Source: Polyangia bacterium (GTDB taxonomy: Bacteria > Myxococcota_A > Polyangia > JAAYKL01). Taken from it: a stretch of DNA of 59,854 nt. The stretch lies in assembly GCA_050287845.1 (NCBI GenBank), contig JBNKCR010000051.1, forward strand, positions 1-59,854, in the 5' to 3' direction. The notes beneath the pieces are model-generated. The model did not search any database, had not been told where the DNA came from, and worked only from the letters and a program-made list of their open reading frames with translations. The position numbers and the translations under genes were made by a program. Of this stretch, positions 34,051 through 44,299 are shown one piece after another. Each line of letters starts with the position of its first letter. Position 1 is the first letter of the stretch.

Positions 34051-34502
34051 GGAGACACCTCTCCTTTCATGCCATCCGTTGGCCATGACATGCATTCATC
34101 ATGGATATCTTCTTGGGGCCCGGCATTCAGTTAAAAATCTGGTATCTTCATGTCATCTCCGTATCCCGGGTCTGTCACGATTCTGTTGGCCTTATTGTTC
34201 GAAAACAGTTGGAATATTCCCTCTGGTTAAAAACGGACATCTGGTAAAAATCAGATTGCGAATAAATGGATGGACGTCGGACGTGCGGTGCCGGCGATTG
34301 TGTTGCATCGTCTTTTTTCACTGTTTTTCTATTATAATTGAAATCTTCTTACGGAACTTTTGTGTTTTGTAAAGGTCACCGAATCGGGCAAGCTGGATGT
34401 GATGAATGTCACATCTCGATATTGTCTATCGTCGATGGGGATCTTTATTGCAACTATTTCCGGTAGCCGCATTCCAGCGGACTGTTTACAGGAGGGCCTG
34501 TT

Positions 34503-35681
34503 ATGGCAAAATGTTCTTTGAAATCACCCGAGTGGCACCGTTGCATGCATGCATTGATTTTCACCGCTTTTACTGTTTTGTGTCTTGCAGGGTGTGATGG
34601 AAAAAAAGGCGTAGATAAAAACAGGAAAGCTGCGGCGGTGGAGACAGCGAAGAAAGTGCTGGTGCAGTCGCTGAAAACCATGGATATGGTGGACCGGCGT
34701 TCTTATGCAGCCGATCTGGAAGCGTCCACGGAAATCACGCTGTATCCCCTGGTGGCGGAGCGCATTGTCAGTTTTCCGGTGGAGGAAGGCGATCGGGTAG
34801 AGGCAGGACAGGTGGTGGCGCGGATTCGGGCAGCGAGTATAAAAAAAAGCATTGCCCAGATGCAGGCGGAAATCGAATCCCTTGATCAGACCATCGGGTC
34901 ACAGAAGCGGGAACTTGAACGATCGGCTGGACTGTACGACAAAGCGGTGATTACCCGGCAGACCCTTGACCAGATGGAGTCCGGTTACAACGCCACACTG
35001 GCCAAACGCAAATCCCTTGAGGCGAGTCTCGGGCAGATTGAGGTGAGCGCGGGTAACGCGGTGATGAAATCGCCGGTGGCCGGGTTCATCGTGGAGAAGC
35101 GGCTGGAAGAAGGCGACATTGCGCAACCGGCGATTCCCCTCTGTAAAATTGTGAGTGTGAATCCCATTCGCATCGATCTTGGCATTACTGAAAAAGATTT
35201 GATGGCGGTGCAGGAAGGCATGGACGCAGAACTGAAGGTCAGCGCGCTGCCAGATAGGGTATTTTCCGGCAAAATCGTGCGAATGCTTCCCATTGTCGAC
35301 CGGGCGACCAGAACCAACGAGGCACGCATTGAAATTGACAACCCCGTAGACGGGAAATTGGGCAGGCCGCTATTGAAGCCGGGAATGTATGGCCGGGTGG
35401 AAATTGTGGTGGCGCGCAAATCCGATTGCGTGGCGGTTCCCTCCCGGGCGCTGATGGTGGGAACGTATGTGTCGGCGAATGAACGGAAGCTGTTTGTGGT
35501 TGATCATGGCAACCAGGCTCACGAGCGGGTGGTGCAGATTGGCGTGCAGAACGGAGACTGGGTCGAAGTGACAGGTGGGGTGACGGCGGGAGAACGCGTG
35601 GTGATTCGAGGGCAATACAGTTTGAAGAACGATGACAAAGTGACTGTACTGAATGCATCCGAAGGAGCGACGGGCAAATGA
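34503..35681 (+). CDS. RND efflux membrane-fusion lipoprotein
   Basis: Lipobox LAGC, VEEGDRVEAGQ, KSPVAG, LKPGMY, AVPSRAL, GERVV. Confidence 0.9.
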   Translation: MAKCSLKSPEWHRCMHALIFTAFTVLCLAGCDGKKGVDKNRKAAAVETAKKVLVQSLKTMDMVDRRSYAADLEASTEITLYPLVAERIVSFPVEEGDRVEAGQVVARIRAASIKKSIAQMQAEIESLDQTIGSQKRELERSAGLYDKAVITRQTLDQMESGYNATLAKRKSLEASLGQIEVSAGNAVMKSPVAGFIVEKRLEEGDIAQPAIPLCKIVSVNPIRIDLGITEKDLMAVQEGMDAELKVSALPDRVFSGKIVRMLPIVDRATRTNEARIEIDNPVDGKLGRPLLKPGMYGRVEIVVARKSDCVAVPSRALMVGTYVSANERKLFVVDHGNQAHERVVQIGVQNGDWVEVTGGVTAGERVVIRGQYSLKNDDKVTVLNASEGATGK

Positions 35682-38600
35682 ATCTTTCCAGACTGTCGGT
35701 TCGAAGGGGGGTTACCTTCGGCATGATTTTTTTGCTGATCTTTCTGTTTGGCGGGTATTCGCTGACCAGACTGCAGCTTGATTTGTATCCGGATATGACC
35801 TTTCCCGCGGTGTTGATCATGACCAATTACACCGGCGCCAGCCCTGAGGATGTGGAAACCCTGGTAACCCGTCCCATCGAGGAAGGGGTGGCCACGGTGA
35901 AAGGCATCGAAAAGATTTCGTCTCATTCAAAGCAGGGCGCATCCATTGTGACGGTGGAATTCGGATGGGACAAGGATATGGACCAGGCGGAAACCGACGT
36001 GCGTCGCAAAATGGATATGGTGACCACGCTGCCGGACGATGCGACGGACCCAATTATTCTGGCCATGGATCCCTCCATGCAACCCATCGTGATGATGACC
36101 ATCAGTGGTGAATATTCCCTGGCCAAATTGAAGGAGCTGGCCAAAGACAGCGTGTGTGAGCGGATTGAACGGTTGGACGGCGTGGCGTCCTGTGAAGCCA
36201 TGGGGGGCGAGGAACGGGAGATACGTGTGTCAATCAATCCGGATACCCTGGCCGCATTCGGTATTGATGTGCAGACGATCATGAGCGTCATTGGCATGGG
36301 CAATCTGCAGGAGCCCGGCGGCAGCATCGATCAGGGAACCCGGTCGTTCAACATTCAGACCACGGGCAAGTATCAGAGTATCGATGAAATTCGAAACGTG
36401 GTGGTGGCGCAACGGATGTCCGGGACCGGCAAACGGATGCCGATTTATCTGCACCAGGTCGCTGACGTTGTTGACACATTTTCAGAAGAGACCCAGACCA
36501 TTGAAGTGGATGGCAGACCGTCGGTGTGGATTGTGGTCAGCAAGCAATCCGGTTTCAATACGGTGAAGGCTGCGGAAGCCACTATTGCCGAAATTGAAAG
36601 AATTCAGCAGGAAAGGGGCAGCAGTCTTGTTTTCGGGGTGCTGTTCAATCAGGCGGATTTCATAAACCAGTCCATTGGCAATCTCTCGTCTACTGCGGTT
36701 GCGGCGATTGGCATTTCATTTCTGGTGCTGCTTTTCTTTTTACGGAACTTCCGCAGCGCATTGATTGTGTCCACCGCGATTCCCCTCTCGGTGGTGGCCA
36801 CCTTCGCGGTGATGAATCAGATGGGGATGACGCTCAATGTGATTTCCATGGCCGGACTGGCCCTGTCGGTGGGCATGCTGGTGGATAACGCCATTGTGGT
36901 GCTGGACAATGTGTTTCGCCAACGGCAGGAAGGAATTCCCATCCGGGAAGCCGCGGTGCAGGGCGCCACTGAAGTGTCCACCGCGGTGACGGCTTCCACA
37001 TTGACCACTGTCTCCGTGTTTCTGCCCATTCTGTTTGTTCCGGGTATTGCGGGGGTGCTGTTTAAGGATATGGCGGTGACCATCTGCTTTGCTCTGTCAG
37101 TATCGCTGTTTGTGGCAGTCAGCTTTATCCCGCTGGCGGCGTCCAGACTGCTGGGGCAGCGCAAAAAACAGAAAGCGGGAAAAGAGGAACGCAAAGACGC
37201 CACATCCAGGATAGAGGAACCCTATGGACGGTTTCTCCGGCATGTGCTGTCTCATCGATGGATGGTCATTGTGGGACTGGCGCTGCTGATTGGGGGCACC
37301 GTTGCCGTGGCAGTGACGATGCCAACAGATTTTATGGCTCGAAATGATCAGTCCATGGTAGCTGCAAAACTGAAGGCACCCGTGGGCAGTAATCTGGAAG
37401 AAACAACCCGTTACGTGCGTGAGGCGATTGTAGAGGTGGAAAAAACCATCCCGGGAAAGGATCGAAAGCTGATTGCGGCAGAAATTGGAAGCGGTTCCGG
37501 GTTTTCGGCGCTGTTTTCAGAGGGCATCCACTCTGCGACATTGCGCGTACCACTGGTATCCATGTCGAAACGGGGAAGGACCCAGCAGGAATATGAGGCC
37601 CTGCTCCTTGAACGTCTGGCGGATATTCCGGACCTTGAGTTTTCCATTGAACAACCGAATCCCACTGGTGGCAGTGGGGATATGGAAGTGATTATCAAAG
37701 GGCACGACCTTGATGAACTGCGACGGGTGGGCCGGGAGCTGACTGACCTGCTGACCGTGATGCCGGAGATGGCGCAGGTGGTGTTTTCGTTTTCAGAACC
37801 CACGCCACAAATCAATGTGGTGTTTGAGCGGGACAGGATGGCGGCCATGGGCATATCTTCGGCAACGGTGGGGTCCTCTGTGGCGACGTTCTTTCTGGGA
37901 AAGACCGCGGCATTCTTTTCGGATGGTGACAACGAACACCGAATTTACGTGCGATTCGACAGAAACTTTCGCACCAATGTGGCAGAGCTGGCCCGTATGC
38001 CGGTCTCCACCCCCACTGGCGGCGTGGTGCCTCTGGACAATATTGCAGCGATTACATTCGGGCCGGGGCCGGTGACCATTTCGCGAAGGAATCAGCAGCG
38101 GGTGGTGACCATTGCCTGCACCCTCAGGGATACCTATCCGGGTGCGGATGGAAAAATGCGCCGCAAGGATCTCGGTGGGTCGATTCAGAATGTGCGAGAT
38201 AAATTGAATGAATACGACTGGCCAGACGAAATGGGCTTTGAGGTGGGTGGCACTGCCGAAGATTTTATTGAGTCGTTCATTGCGCTGGGCATTGCGCTGA
38301 TTGTGTCGGTGCTGCTGGTTTACATGGTGATGGCCAGTCAGTTTGAGTCGTTCAGGGAACCGTTTATTATTCTGTTTACGGTGCCTCTGGCGCTCATTGG
38401 GGTGGTGTTGATCTTTTCATTCACGGGAAACAGTCTGGATGTCTCTGCGCTTATCGGGGTGATTATGCTGGTGGGTATTGTGGTGAACAACGGTATTGTG
38501 ATGGTGGATGCGGCCAACCAGCGCAGAAACGCCGACGGTCTGACGCGTCTGGATGCGGTGGTCCTGGCAGCCCGGACCCGGCTTCGACCGGTGCTGATGA

Positions 38601-38779
38601 CCAGCTTCACAACCATCTGTTCCATGATTCCCCTGGCGATGGGGATTGGCGAAGGATCTGAATCGTGGAAGGGAATGGCGCAATCCGTGGTGGGGGGGAT
38701 GAGCACGGCCACGCTTTTAACCCTGGTGGTGGTGCCCACGTTCTACACCTTTTTTGCAAGAAAGAAGGCAAAGGGATGA
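35678..38779 (+). CDS. RND efflux permease (AcrB/SwrC family)
   Basis: 1033 aa; GASPEDVETLVTRPIE, GMLVDNAIVV, SQFES, GIVVNNGI, RLRPVLMTS; ATGA overlap. Confidence 0.95.
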   Translation: MNLSRLSVRRGVTFGMIFLLIFLFGGYSLTRLQLDLYPDMTFPAVLIMTNYTGASPEDVETLVTRPIEEGVATVKGIEKISSHSKQGASIVTVEFGWDKDMDQAETDVRRKMDMVTTLPDDATDPIILAMDPSMQPIVMMTISGEYSLAKLKELAKDSVCERIERLDGVASCEAMGGEEREIRVSINPDTLAAFGIDVQTIMSVIGMGNLQEPGGSIDQGTRSFNIQTTGKYQSIDEIRNVVVAQRMSGTGKRMPIYLHQVADVVDTFSEETQTIEVDGRPSVWIVVSKQSGFNTVKAAEATIAEIERIQQERGSSLVFGVLFNQADFINQSIGNLSSTAVAAIGISFLVLLFFLRNFRSALIVSTAIPLSVVATFAVMNQMGMTLNVISMAGLALSVGMLVDNAIVVLDNVFRQRQEGIPIREAAVQGATEVSTAVTASTLTTVSVFLPILFVPGIAGVLFKDMAVTICFALSVSLFVAVSFIPLAASRLLGQRKKQKAGKEERKDATSRIEEPYGRFLRHVLSHRWMVIVGLALLIGGTVAVAVTMPTDFMARNDQSMVAAKLKAPVGSNLEETTRYVREAIVEVEKTIPGKDRKLIAAEIGSGSGFSALFSEGIHSATLRVPLVSMSKRGRTQQEYEALLLERLADIPDLEFSIEQPNPTGGSGDMEVIIKGHDLDELRRVGRELTDLLTVMPEMAQVVFSFSEPTPQINVVFERDRMAAMGISSATVGSSVATFFLGKTAAFFSDGDNEHRIYVRFDRNFRTNVAELARMPVSTPTGGVVPLDNIAAITFGPGPVTISRRNQQRVVTIACTLRDTYPGADGKMRRKDLGGSIQNVRDKLNEYDWPDEMGFEVGGTAEDFIESFIALGIALIVSVLLVYMVMASQFESFREPFIILFTVPLALIGVVLIFSFTGNSLDVSALIGVIMLVGIVVNNGIVMVDAANQRRNADGLTRLDAVVLAARTRLRPVLMTSFTTICSMIPLAMGIGEGSESWKGMAQSVVGGMSTATLLTLVVVPTFYTFFARKKAKG

Positions 38780-40272
38780 AAAGTGGAACCATGTTGACAA
38801 TCAGAATAGTTATTCTCATTGGGGCGAATCTTATGTTCGCCCTGGGGACTGCAGAAGCGCAAACCACACGGGAACAGGATGCTCGCGAATACGAAGCAGC
38901 GGAGACGAAGGCCAATGAACTGCTGGCGTCTTCAGATTTGCCGGAGGGCACAAAAAAGGTGTCGCTGACACAGGCGCTTCAACTGGCCCGGAAACGCAAT
39001 CTGACATTGAAGCAGATGGATTTGGAATTTAAAAAAGCGGATGCGCGGTTGCGGCAGGCGCGCGCATTGCTTTTACCGGTCGCCCAGGCGGAGTTGCGAT
39101 ACATCATGGCCGACCATGGGGATGAAATGAACATGGCGGAAGGAATGCAGGGATTGCTCGATGAATTGGACCAGATGCTTTCTGGAATTCCGGGGTATAC
39201 GCCTCCTGCGGACAGCGGGGCAGCGGGTTCTGAAAATGTGGTGATCAACCCGCGACATACAGTGAATGGAAGTGTTACGGTCAGCGTGCCCCTTGTAAAC
39301 TTGAGCAACTGGCGCAATTACCATATGGCCAGGTCCGTCAATCAATTGACCGCATTGTCCGTTGAGGAGGTTCGGCAGAATGTGCTGTATGGCACGGCGC
39401 AGGCCTACTTCATGGCCTTGATGTCAACGACACTGGTGGACTTGTTCAAGGAGCAAATCGTGGCCACCCGGGCGCATCTGCGGGTGGCGGAAGAAAAATT
39501 TTACGCGGGCACCGGGTTGCGCATTGATATGCTCCGGGCTGGAATTGATTTTGAGCAAGCCGAAGAGGACCTGTTGAATGCCCGGGTATCTCTTGCTGCA
39601 GCCTGTGACGCACTCGGTATTCTGACCGGAGAGAACGGCATGATTGCACCCTTAACCGTGGATGCGCTGGTGACGCCGGATACTGCAGATGCGACTCTTG
39701 AATCAAAGGCATTGGAACAGCGAGTGGATTTGCAGCTCAAACGAGAAAGCGCCATTGTTTCGGATGAACAGGTAAAAGCAGCAGTGTCCGCGTTGTTTCC
39801 GTCGCTGAATCTGGCCTGGCAGGGGTCATATCAGTTTACCGAACCGTCGGGGTTCGGAAGTACAGATCGCAGCCGGTGGAATCTGGTGCTGGCGCTTTCG
39901 ATTCCCCTGTTCAACAGTTACACCAATGCAAAGATTGGCGAGAGCAGGGCGGTGAAGCGTCAATATGAGCTGGAAATCGAAAATCTTGAACAGAGCGTCA
40001 GTCAGCAGGTGCGTCAGGCCAAAAGAGAACACGAGACCGCGCTGGCCAATGTACGCGGAGCGAAGCGACGGGTGAAGCTTGCCGAGGAGTCTCTGCAGTT
40101 GGCCGAAGCCGCTTATGCCGCCGGGGCCGGCACCTCTCTGGATGTCACCGACGCGAGGCGCATGTATCTCCAGGCAGAAGTGAACCTGGCCACCACCGAA
40201 CTGAAAACCCAACTGTCTCTTCTGGTACTCCTGAAAAGCATTGGCGAAAACCCATCTCACCTGGTGAAGTGA
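38776..40272 (+). CDS. TolC-family outer membrane protein
   Basis: SLTQALQLA..N, FPSLNL, LSIPLF, YAAGAGTSLDV.DA; ATGA overlap with permease. Confidence 0.9.
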   Translation: MKSGTMLTIRIVILIGANLMFALGTAEAQTTREQDAREYEAAETKANELLASSDLPEGTKKVSLTQALQLARKRNLTLKQMDLEFKKADARLRQARALLLPVAQAELRYIMADHGDEMNMAEGMQGLLDELDQMLSGIPGYTPPADSGAAGSENVVINPRHTVNGSVTVSVPLVNLSNWRNYHMARSVNQLTALSVEEVRQNVLYGTAQAYFMALMSTTLVDLFKEQIVATRAHLRVAEEKFYAGTGLRIDMLRAGIDFEQAEEDLLNARVSLAAACDALGILTGENGMIAPLTVDALVTPDTADATLESKALEQRVDLQLKRESAIVSDEQVKAAVSALFPSLNLAWQGSYQFTEPSGFGSTDRSRWNLVLALSIPLFNSYTNAKIGESRAVKRQYELEIENLEQSVSQQVRQAKREHETALANVRGAKRRVKLAEESLQLAEAAYAAGAGTSLDVTDARRMYLQAEVNLATTELKTQLSLLVLLKSIGENPSHLVK

Positions 40273-40646
40273 TACGCCGTCGATTCGGGTATGTCGATTC
40301 TGAAAACGGAAGCGTGCAGTTCCCGGGAACGCAGAGCTTCCTTATCCCTCCTATCTGATATGGAGTTTTTCGATGGATACAAAACCGTTGGTTTCCATCC
40401 CGTAGGCACACGCCACCGGTCGAAGCGCGTCCGCGTACACGCGCCGAAACCATGCGGGTCTTTGCTGAAGTCGTATTTTATCAAGTGTGAAAGTGAAGAT
40501 AATGTGAACTGCACAACAAATTTAATGTGGACCATTATACGGTTTCATGGAACTGTCAGAAGAATTGAATAACATGGATTTTATCTGGCGTTTATCCTGT
40601 CATGTCTGTAGGCCGTGATCTGACAACGCTGGTGAAGGAGGTTGCT

Positions 40647-42236
40647 TTGTTAAACTGCATGAAATGGATGGCATTGCTGTTGCCGGTATTGTTTTTTTAC
40701 GGGTGCAGCGCCCAGAACGGAAACACAGATGAACCATCGGAAACGGACAGTGCCGTTTCAACCGAAAGCGCAGACGGAAGTGACGAATCAGAGAGCGATG
40801 ACACAAATCCCACGACCGCAGATGATACTTCAGATACTGACAGCGAAACAGTGAGCGATACGGCGACGGGGGACAGTGCCTCAGATGGTGCGACCGATGA
40901 TGACATAAAAAAAGAAGAGATTGGTAATAATGTATTCGATGACAGTAATATCAAATCCTATTATCTTACCTTTTCGGATGAAGAGTACGAAAAACTGATG
41001 GATTATTCCACGCTGCTATTATCACAATTTGATGTCAACAAAGACCGATATGTGGAAGCGTCGCTGAAAGTCGATGATACCGAATTTCCGTCCATTGGTG
41101 TTCGATTCAAGGGGGATCACTCAATCTGGAGCTGTTTTGATTTTCCCGACCCGGAGCGCAAAGCGCGTGTTGAACCGATTTGGGGGGATGTGGATGTTTG
41201 CCAGCGTTTCTCCCTCAAGATCGACATCGACCGCTTTGATGACAATCGTCGCCTTGATGGTCTGAAGAAAATCAATCTGCACTCCATGTCCGCTGATCCG
41301 AGCAAACTGCGGGAGCGGCTCGGCTATTCGCTGTTCAGAGAGATGGACATCATTGCGCCCCGGATGGCGCATGCCCGGGTGTATATCAACGGGGAGTACC
41401 ACGGCCTTTTCGCTGTGGTGGAGCAGATAGATGGCAGATTCACCGCCAATCGCTTCCCGGAATCAGGTGACGGCAATCTGTACAAACAGGTATGGCCATC
41501 TGAAAAAACAGCCGATTACGAAGTGGAGGAAGGGCTCAAGACCAATGATGACCCCGGGATCATGGATGTCTCCGATTTTCTCGAATTCAGGGATGCCGTC
41601 GTGGCGAGCGATGAAACCAACTTCGAATCAGAAATGGCGCCATATCTCGATTTCGACTATCTGGCCCGCTATATTGTTGTTGACCGGGCCATCAACAATT
41701 TCGACGGTATGCTTCTGTTCTGGCTCATCAGCTCAACCCGTGACATCAACCACAACTACTACTGGTATCACAACAGCGAAGATGGAAAAATTGTCCTTCT
41801 CCCATGGGATCTCGACAAATCCCTCTGGTATCCCGAGCCGATTTTCTGGACGAACAATGCGCCGTTCGAGGAGTACGACGTTCCCAACTGGAATGCGGTT
41901 TCCAGCAGCTGCGATTATCATCCAACGACTTTCGACTTTCCCCTGGGAACATGGGCGGTTGTGCCAATGGACTGTGATCCGTTCCTGAAAAATCTGCGCG
42001 CGGTGATTTATGACCGACAGCAAGACATTGCCAGTGAGTTCATCGCGGGGCCGTTCTCGGAAGAGAGCGTTGGTCAGAAAATCCAGCAGTGGCGGGAACA
42101 GATCAAAGAGGCGATTGAGGACGATCCGCTGGTGGACAGCGCCCAATGGTCGGATGCCGTGGATGCACTGCTGGCGGATGTGCCCAATTTTCAGGAAAAC
42201 CTGAATCTGATGATGAGCGGAATGATTGAGGAGTAG
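40647..42236 (+). CDS. CotH kinase family lipoprotein
   Basis: Lipobox FYGC, GVRFKG, SLKID, DPSKLRERL, YINGEYHGL....EQID, GNLYK, NFDG, HNYYWY, PWDLD; TTG after AGGAGG. Confidence 0.88.
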   Translation: MLNCMKWMALLLPVLFFYGCSAQNGNTDEPSETDSAVSTESADGSDESESDDTNPTTADDTSDTDSETVSDTATGDSASDGATDDDIKKEEIGNNVFDDSNIKSYYLTFSDEEYEKLMDYSTLLLSQFDVNKDRYVEASLKVDDTEFPSIGVRFKGDHSIWSCFDFPDPERKARVEPIWGDVDVCQRFSLKIDIDRFDDNRRLDGLKKINLHSMSADPSKLRERLGYSLFREMDIIAPRMAHARVYINGEYHGLFAVVEQIDGRFTANRFPESGDGNLYKQVWPSEKTADYEVEEGLKTNDDPGIMDVSDFLEFRDAVVASDETNFESEMAPYLDFDYLARYIVVDRAINNFDGMLLFWLISSTRDINHNYYWYHNSEDGKIVLLPWDLDKSLWYPEPIFWTNNAPFEEYDVPNWNAVSSSCDYHPTTFDFPLGTWAVVPMDCDPFLKNLRAVIYDRQQDIASEFIAGPFSEESVGQKIQQWREQIKEAIEDDPLVDSAQWSDAVDALLADVPNFQENLNLMMSGMIEE

Positions 42237-42254
42237 TCGTGGGACATTCAGTTC

Positions 42255-42353
42255 CATTGTGACCTCAGCGACCCGTCTGCGGTACTCGAACTGCAGGCCA
42301 GGATTGCGGTCGATTTTCCGGAGATGAATCTGCTGATTAACAATGCCGGCATC
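42255..42353 (+). pseudogene. Internal fragment of a short-chain dehydrogenase gene
   Basis: CDLSDPSAVLELQARIAVDFPEMNLLINNAGI (SDR NNAG motif), no start or catalytic region. Confidence 0.65.
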
Positions 42354-42530
42354 ATTTCAGACGCTTCATCTCTTCAACGAGCGTGGTGTAAATACAGGAC
42401 GGCTCGCGGTTATGCCAGCTGGTGTCTGATTGGTCGTATCGGCTGCTATCGCCCGAGTTGGCAGGTTCATCGCGCCACCAGACATTTCCAAACGGATCCC
42501 TGATTCTCGCAATATTGAATCCGTCACTGG
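42352..42530 (-). pseudogene. C-terminal fragment of a VOC/glyoxalase (PhnB-like) gene
   Basis: ARIRDPFGNVWW motif. Confidence 0.5.
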
Positions 42531-42548
42531 ATTCCAGGACTATCCAAT

Positions 42549-43379
42549 TCAGGGAGGGGTGCAACCGCAGATGAATTCCACCCGCACACCTCGATTCGTC
42601 GGGTCAAAATCCGGCGAAGTCAGCCACCATAAATCAACGCCATCAAATCGATGGCAGCCGAGACCCCCGGACCTATTGTATCCCTGATTGACCACCTGGG
42701 AATACCCCAACGCCGCAAATATCGCCGCGCAATTTTCGAGAGCACCACCTTGCCTCGGTGTACCAACAATTTGCTCCGTCATTGGATCATATCCCCCTTT
42801 TCTGGAACACACGCCAATACAGCTTTCATCTGGAGTACTCAGGTACCAGCACAGATCGAACAGATAGACACTGTCGGTATTAACGCATGGCGACAAGGTG
42901 TCCGATTCGCTGTCAGTGCCTGTGTCAGTATCTGTAACGCTGTTTGTATCTGCAGTGTCTATAGTATCCACAATGATGTCTACACCAGAGTCTGCACCGG
43001 TATTTGTATCAGTATCAATATCCATATCGGTAATGCTATCCGCATCCGAGTCGTTGTCGAAGGGTTTCTCAAAACCGATGCGTCCACAACTGCCAAACAG
43101 GAATCCACACAGAATGCCAACTATATAGAGAGAGATTACAGAGGCATTTACCCCATCTACTCCATCGGTAACGACGTCAGGCGGGATGCAGCAGCTGTCA
43201 GAATTCACGTCTGTTCTGCTCAGAGTACCACTGGCTGTCTGTAATGTAACAAATACTTTTCCCATACGCAAAAATTCTCCAGCGGGAGGCGAGCAGTGAA
43301 CGCCTGGATTACCAAAGAACAGATTAATTATTACACAGTTTGGCAGCTCGTCGAGAAAGAGATTCATCTGCGTGTCCAC
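42549..43379 (-). CDS. Hypothetical lipoprotein with DT linker and small Cys-rich domain (true start likely downstream)
   Basis: Hydrophobic stretch + CGRIGF, acidic linker, CWYLS...ESC..VC domain. Confidence 0.6.
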   Translation of the reverse strand: MDTQMNLFLDELPNCVIINLFFGNPGVHCSPPAGEFLRMGKVFVTLQTASGTLSRTDVNSDSCCIPPDVVTDGVDGVNASVISLYIVGILCGFLFGSCGRIGFEKPFDNDSDADSITDMDIDTDTNTGADSGVDIIVDTIDTADTNSVTDTDTGTDSESDTLSPCVNTDSVYLFDLCWYLSTPDESCIGVCSRKGGYDPMTEQIVGTPRQGGALENCAAIFAALGYSQVVNQGYNRSGGLGCHRFDGVDLWWLTSPDFDPTNRGVRVEFICGCTPP

Positions 43380-43619
43380 GAGTCACCGGAAACGCCTCCG
43401 GAATGAGTATTCGCTGAGGTGCCCCGCCTACGCGTGGCGGGTTCAACCTGGTGCTCAGATGGGGAACATGCGACATCATCCAGACATGGCACTCTCCGCT
43501 GGCTACTTCGGTCCCAACGAAAAACAGATTCGGCAACACTGCGATGGTAGATTCGGTGGTTGTCGGGCTGGCATCAGTAACATTGGCATTGCAGGTATAA
43601 AAATTCTCCCCGTTTCTTT

Positions 43620-44282
43620 TTACCTTTCAATTATCGACCATTTCTGACTGACATTGCCATTGCATTCCCAGAGATTGAGAACCGATGCGTTCCGATTGTC
43701 GTTGCCGTGGAGGTTGAGACAAAGCGTTGTATTTTCAATGGGTCTGATAGACTCATCGATTCGAATCCACCGTTGCGTCACACTGTTGTTGCAGTCCCAC
43801 AGATTGAGCACCTTCCAGACTTCAACTCCGTAATGCATGTTCAGACAGAAATCGGGATCCGTCGCACTGCGAATCGTGCCATCCGATTCCCAGAACCATT
43901 GCTGGCCGGCGCTGCCATCCCATTTCCACAAGCTGACACCCGCGCCCCGGTAATTGGCATCGTTGTTCCGGTTGACTGTATACCCCTCCGCATTTACGAA
44001 CTGCACCTCGCCGGGGACTGTTTCCCGGATGTCATCACTGTTGCGATTGTCCATGGCAGAATCATTGTTCTCCGATGTCGTTGAATCCGTCTTGTCGTCA
44101 GGGGGGCTGTCAATACTGTCCGTGTCTTTGGTCAGTGGTTCGACGACACATTGACCGGTGGTCGAACACCGATAAGTGGCGCCACAATCCGTGTTGTTAT
44201 CGCAATCGAAATGTCCGGTCATATCCAGATCGCAGGACATGCAGAACAATCCAGCGACAAGCAGTAAAATTTTTTGATTCAT
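43620..44282 (-). CDS. Ricin-type beta-trefoil lectin lipoprotein
   Basis: Lipobox CMSC, short Cys-rich module, repeated CLN..LNLW.CN...Q.W. Confidence 0.85.
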   Translation of the reverse strand: MNQKILLLVAGLFCMSCDLDMTGHFDCDNNTDCGATYRCSTTGQCVVEPLTKDTDSIDSPPDDKTDSTTSENNDSAMDNRNSDDIRETVPGEVQFVNAEGYTVNRNNDANYRGAGVSLWKWDGSAGQQWFWESDGTIRSATDPDFCLNMHYGVEVWKVLNLWDCNNSVTQRWIRIDESIRPIENTTLCLNLHGNDNRNASVLNLWECNGNVSQKWSIIER

Positions 44283-44299
44283 CGATAACCATCCATTTT

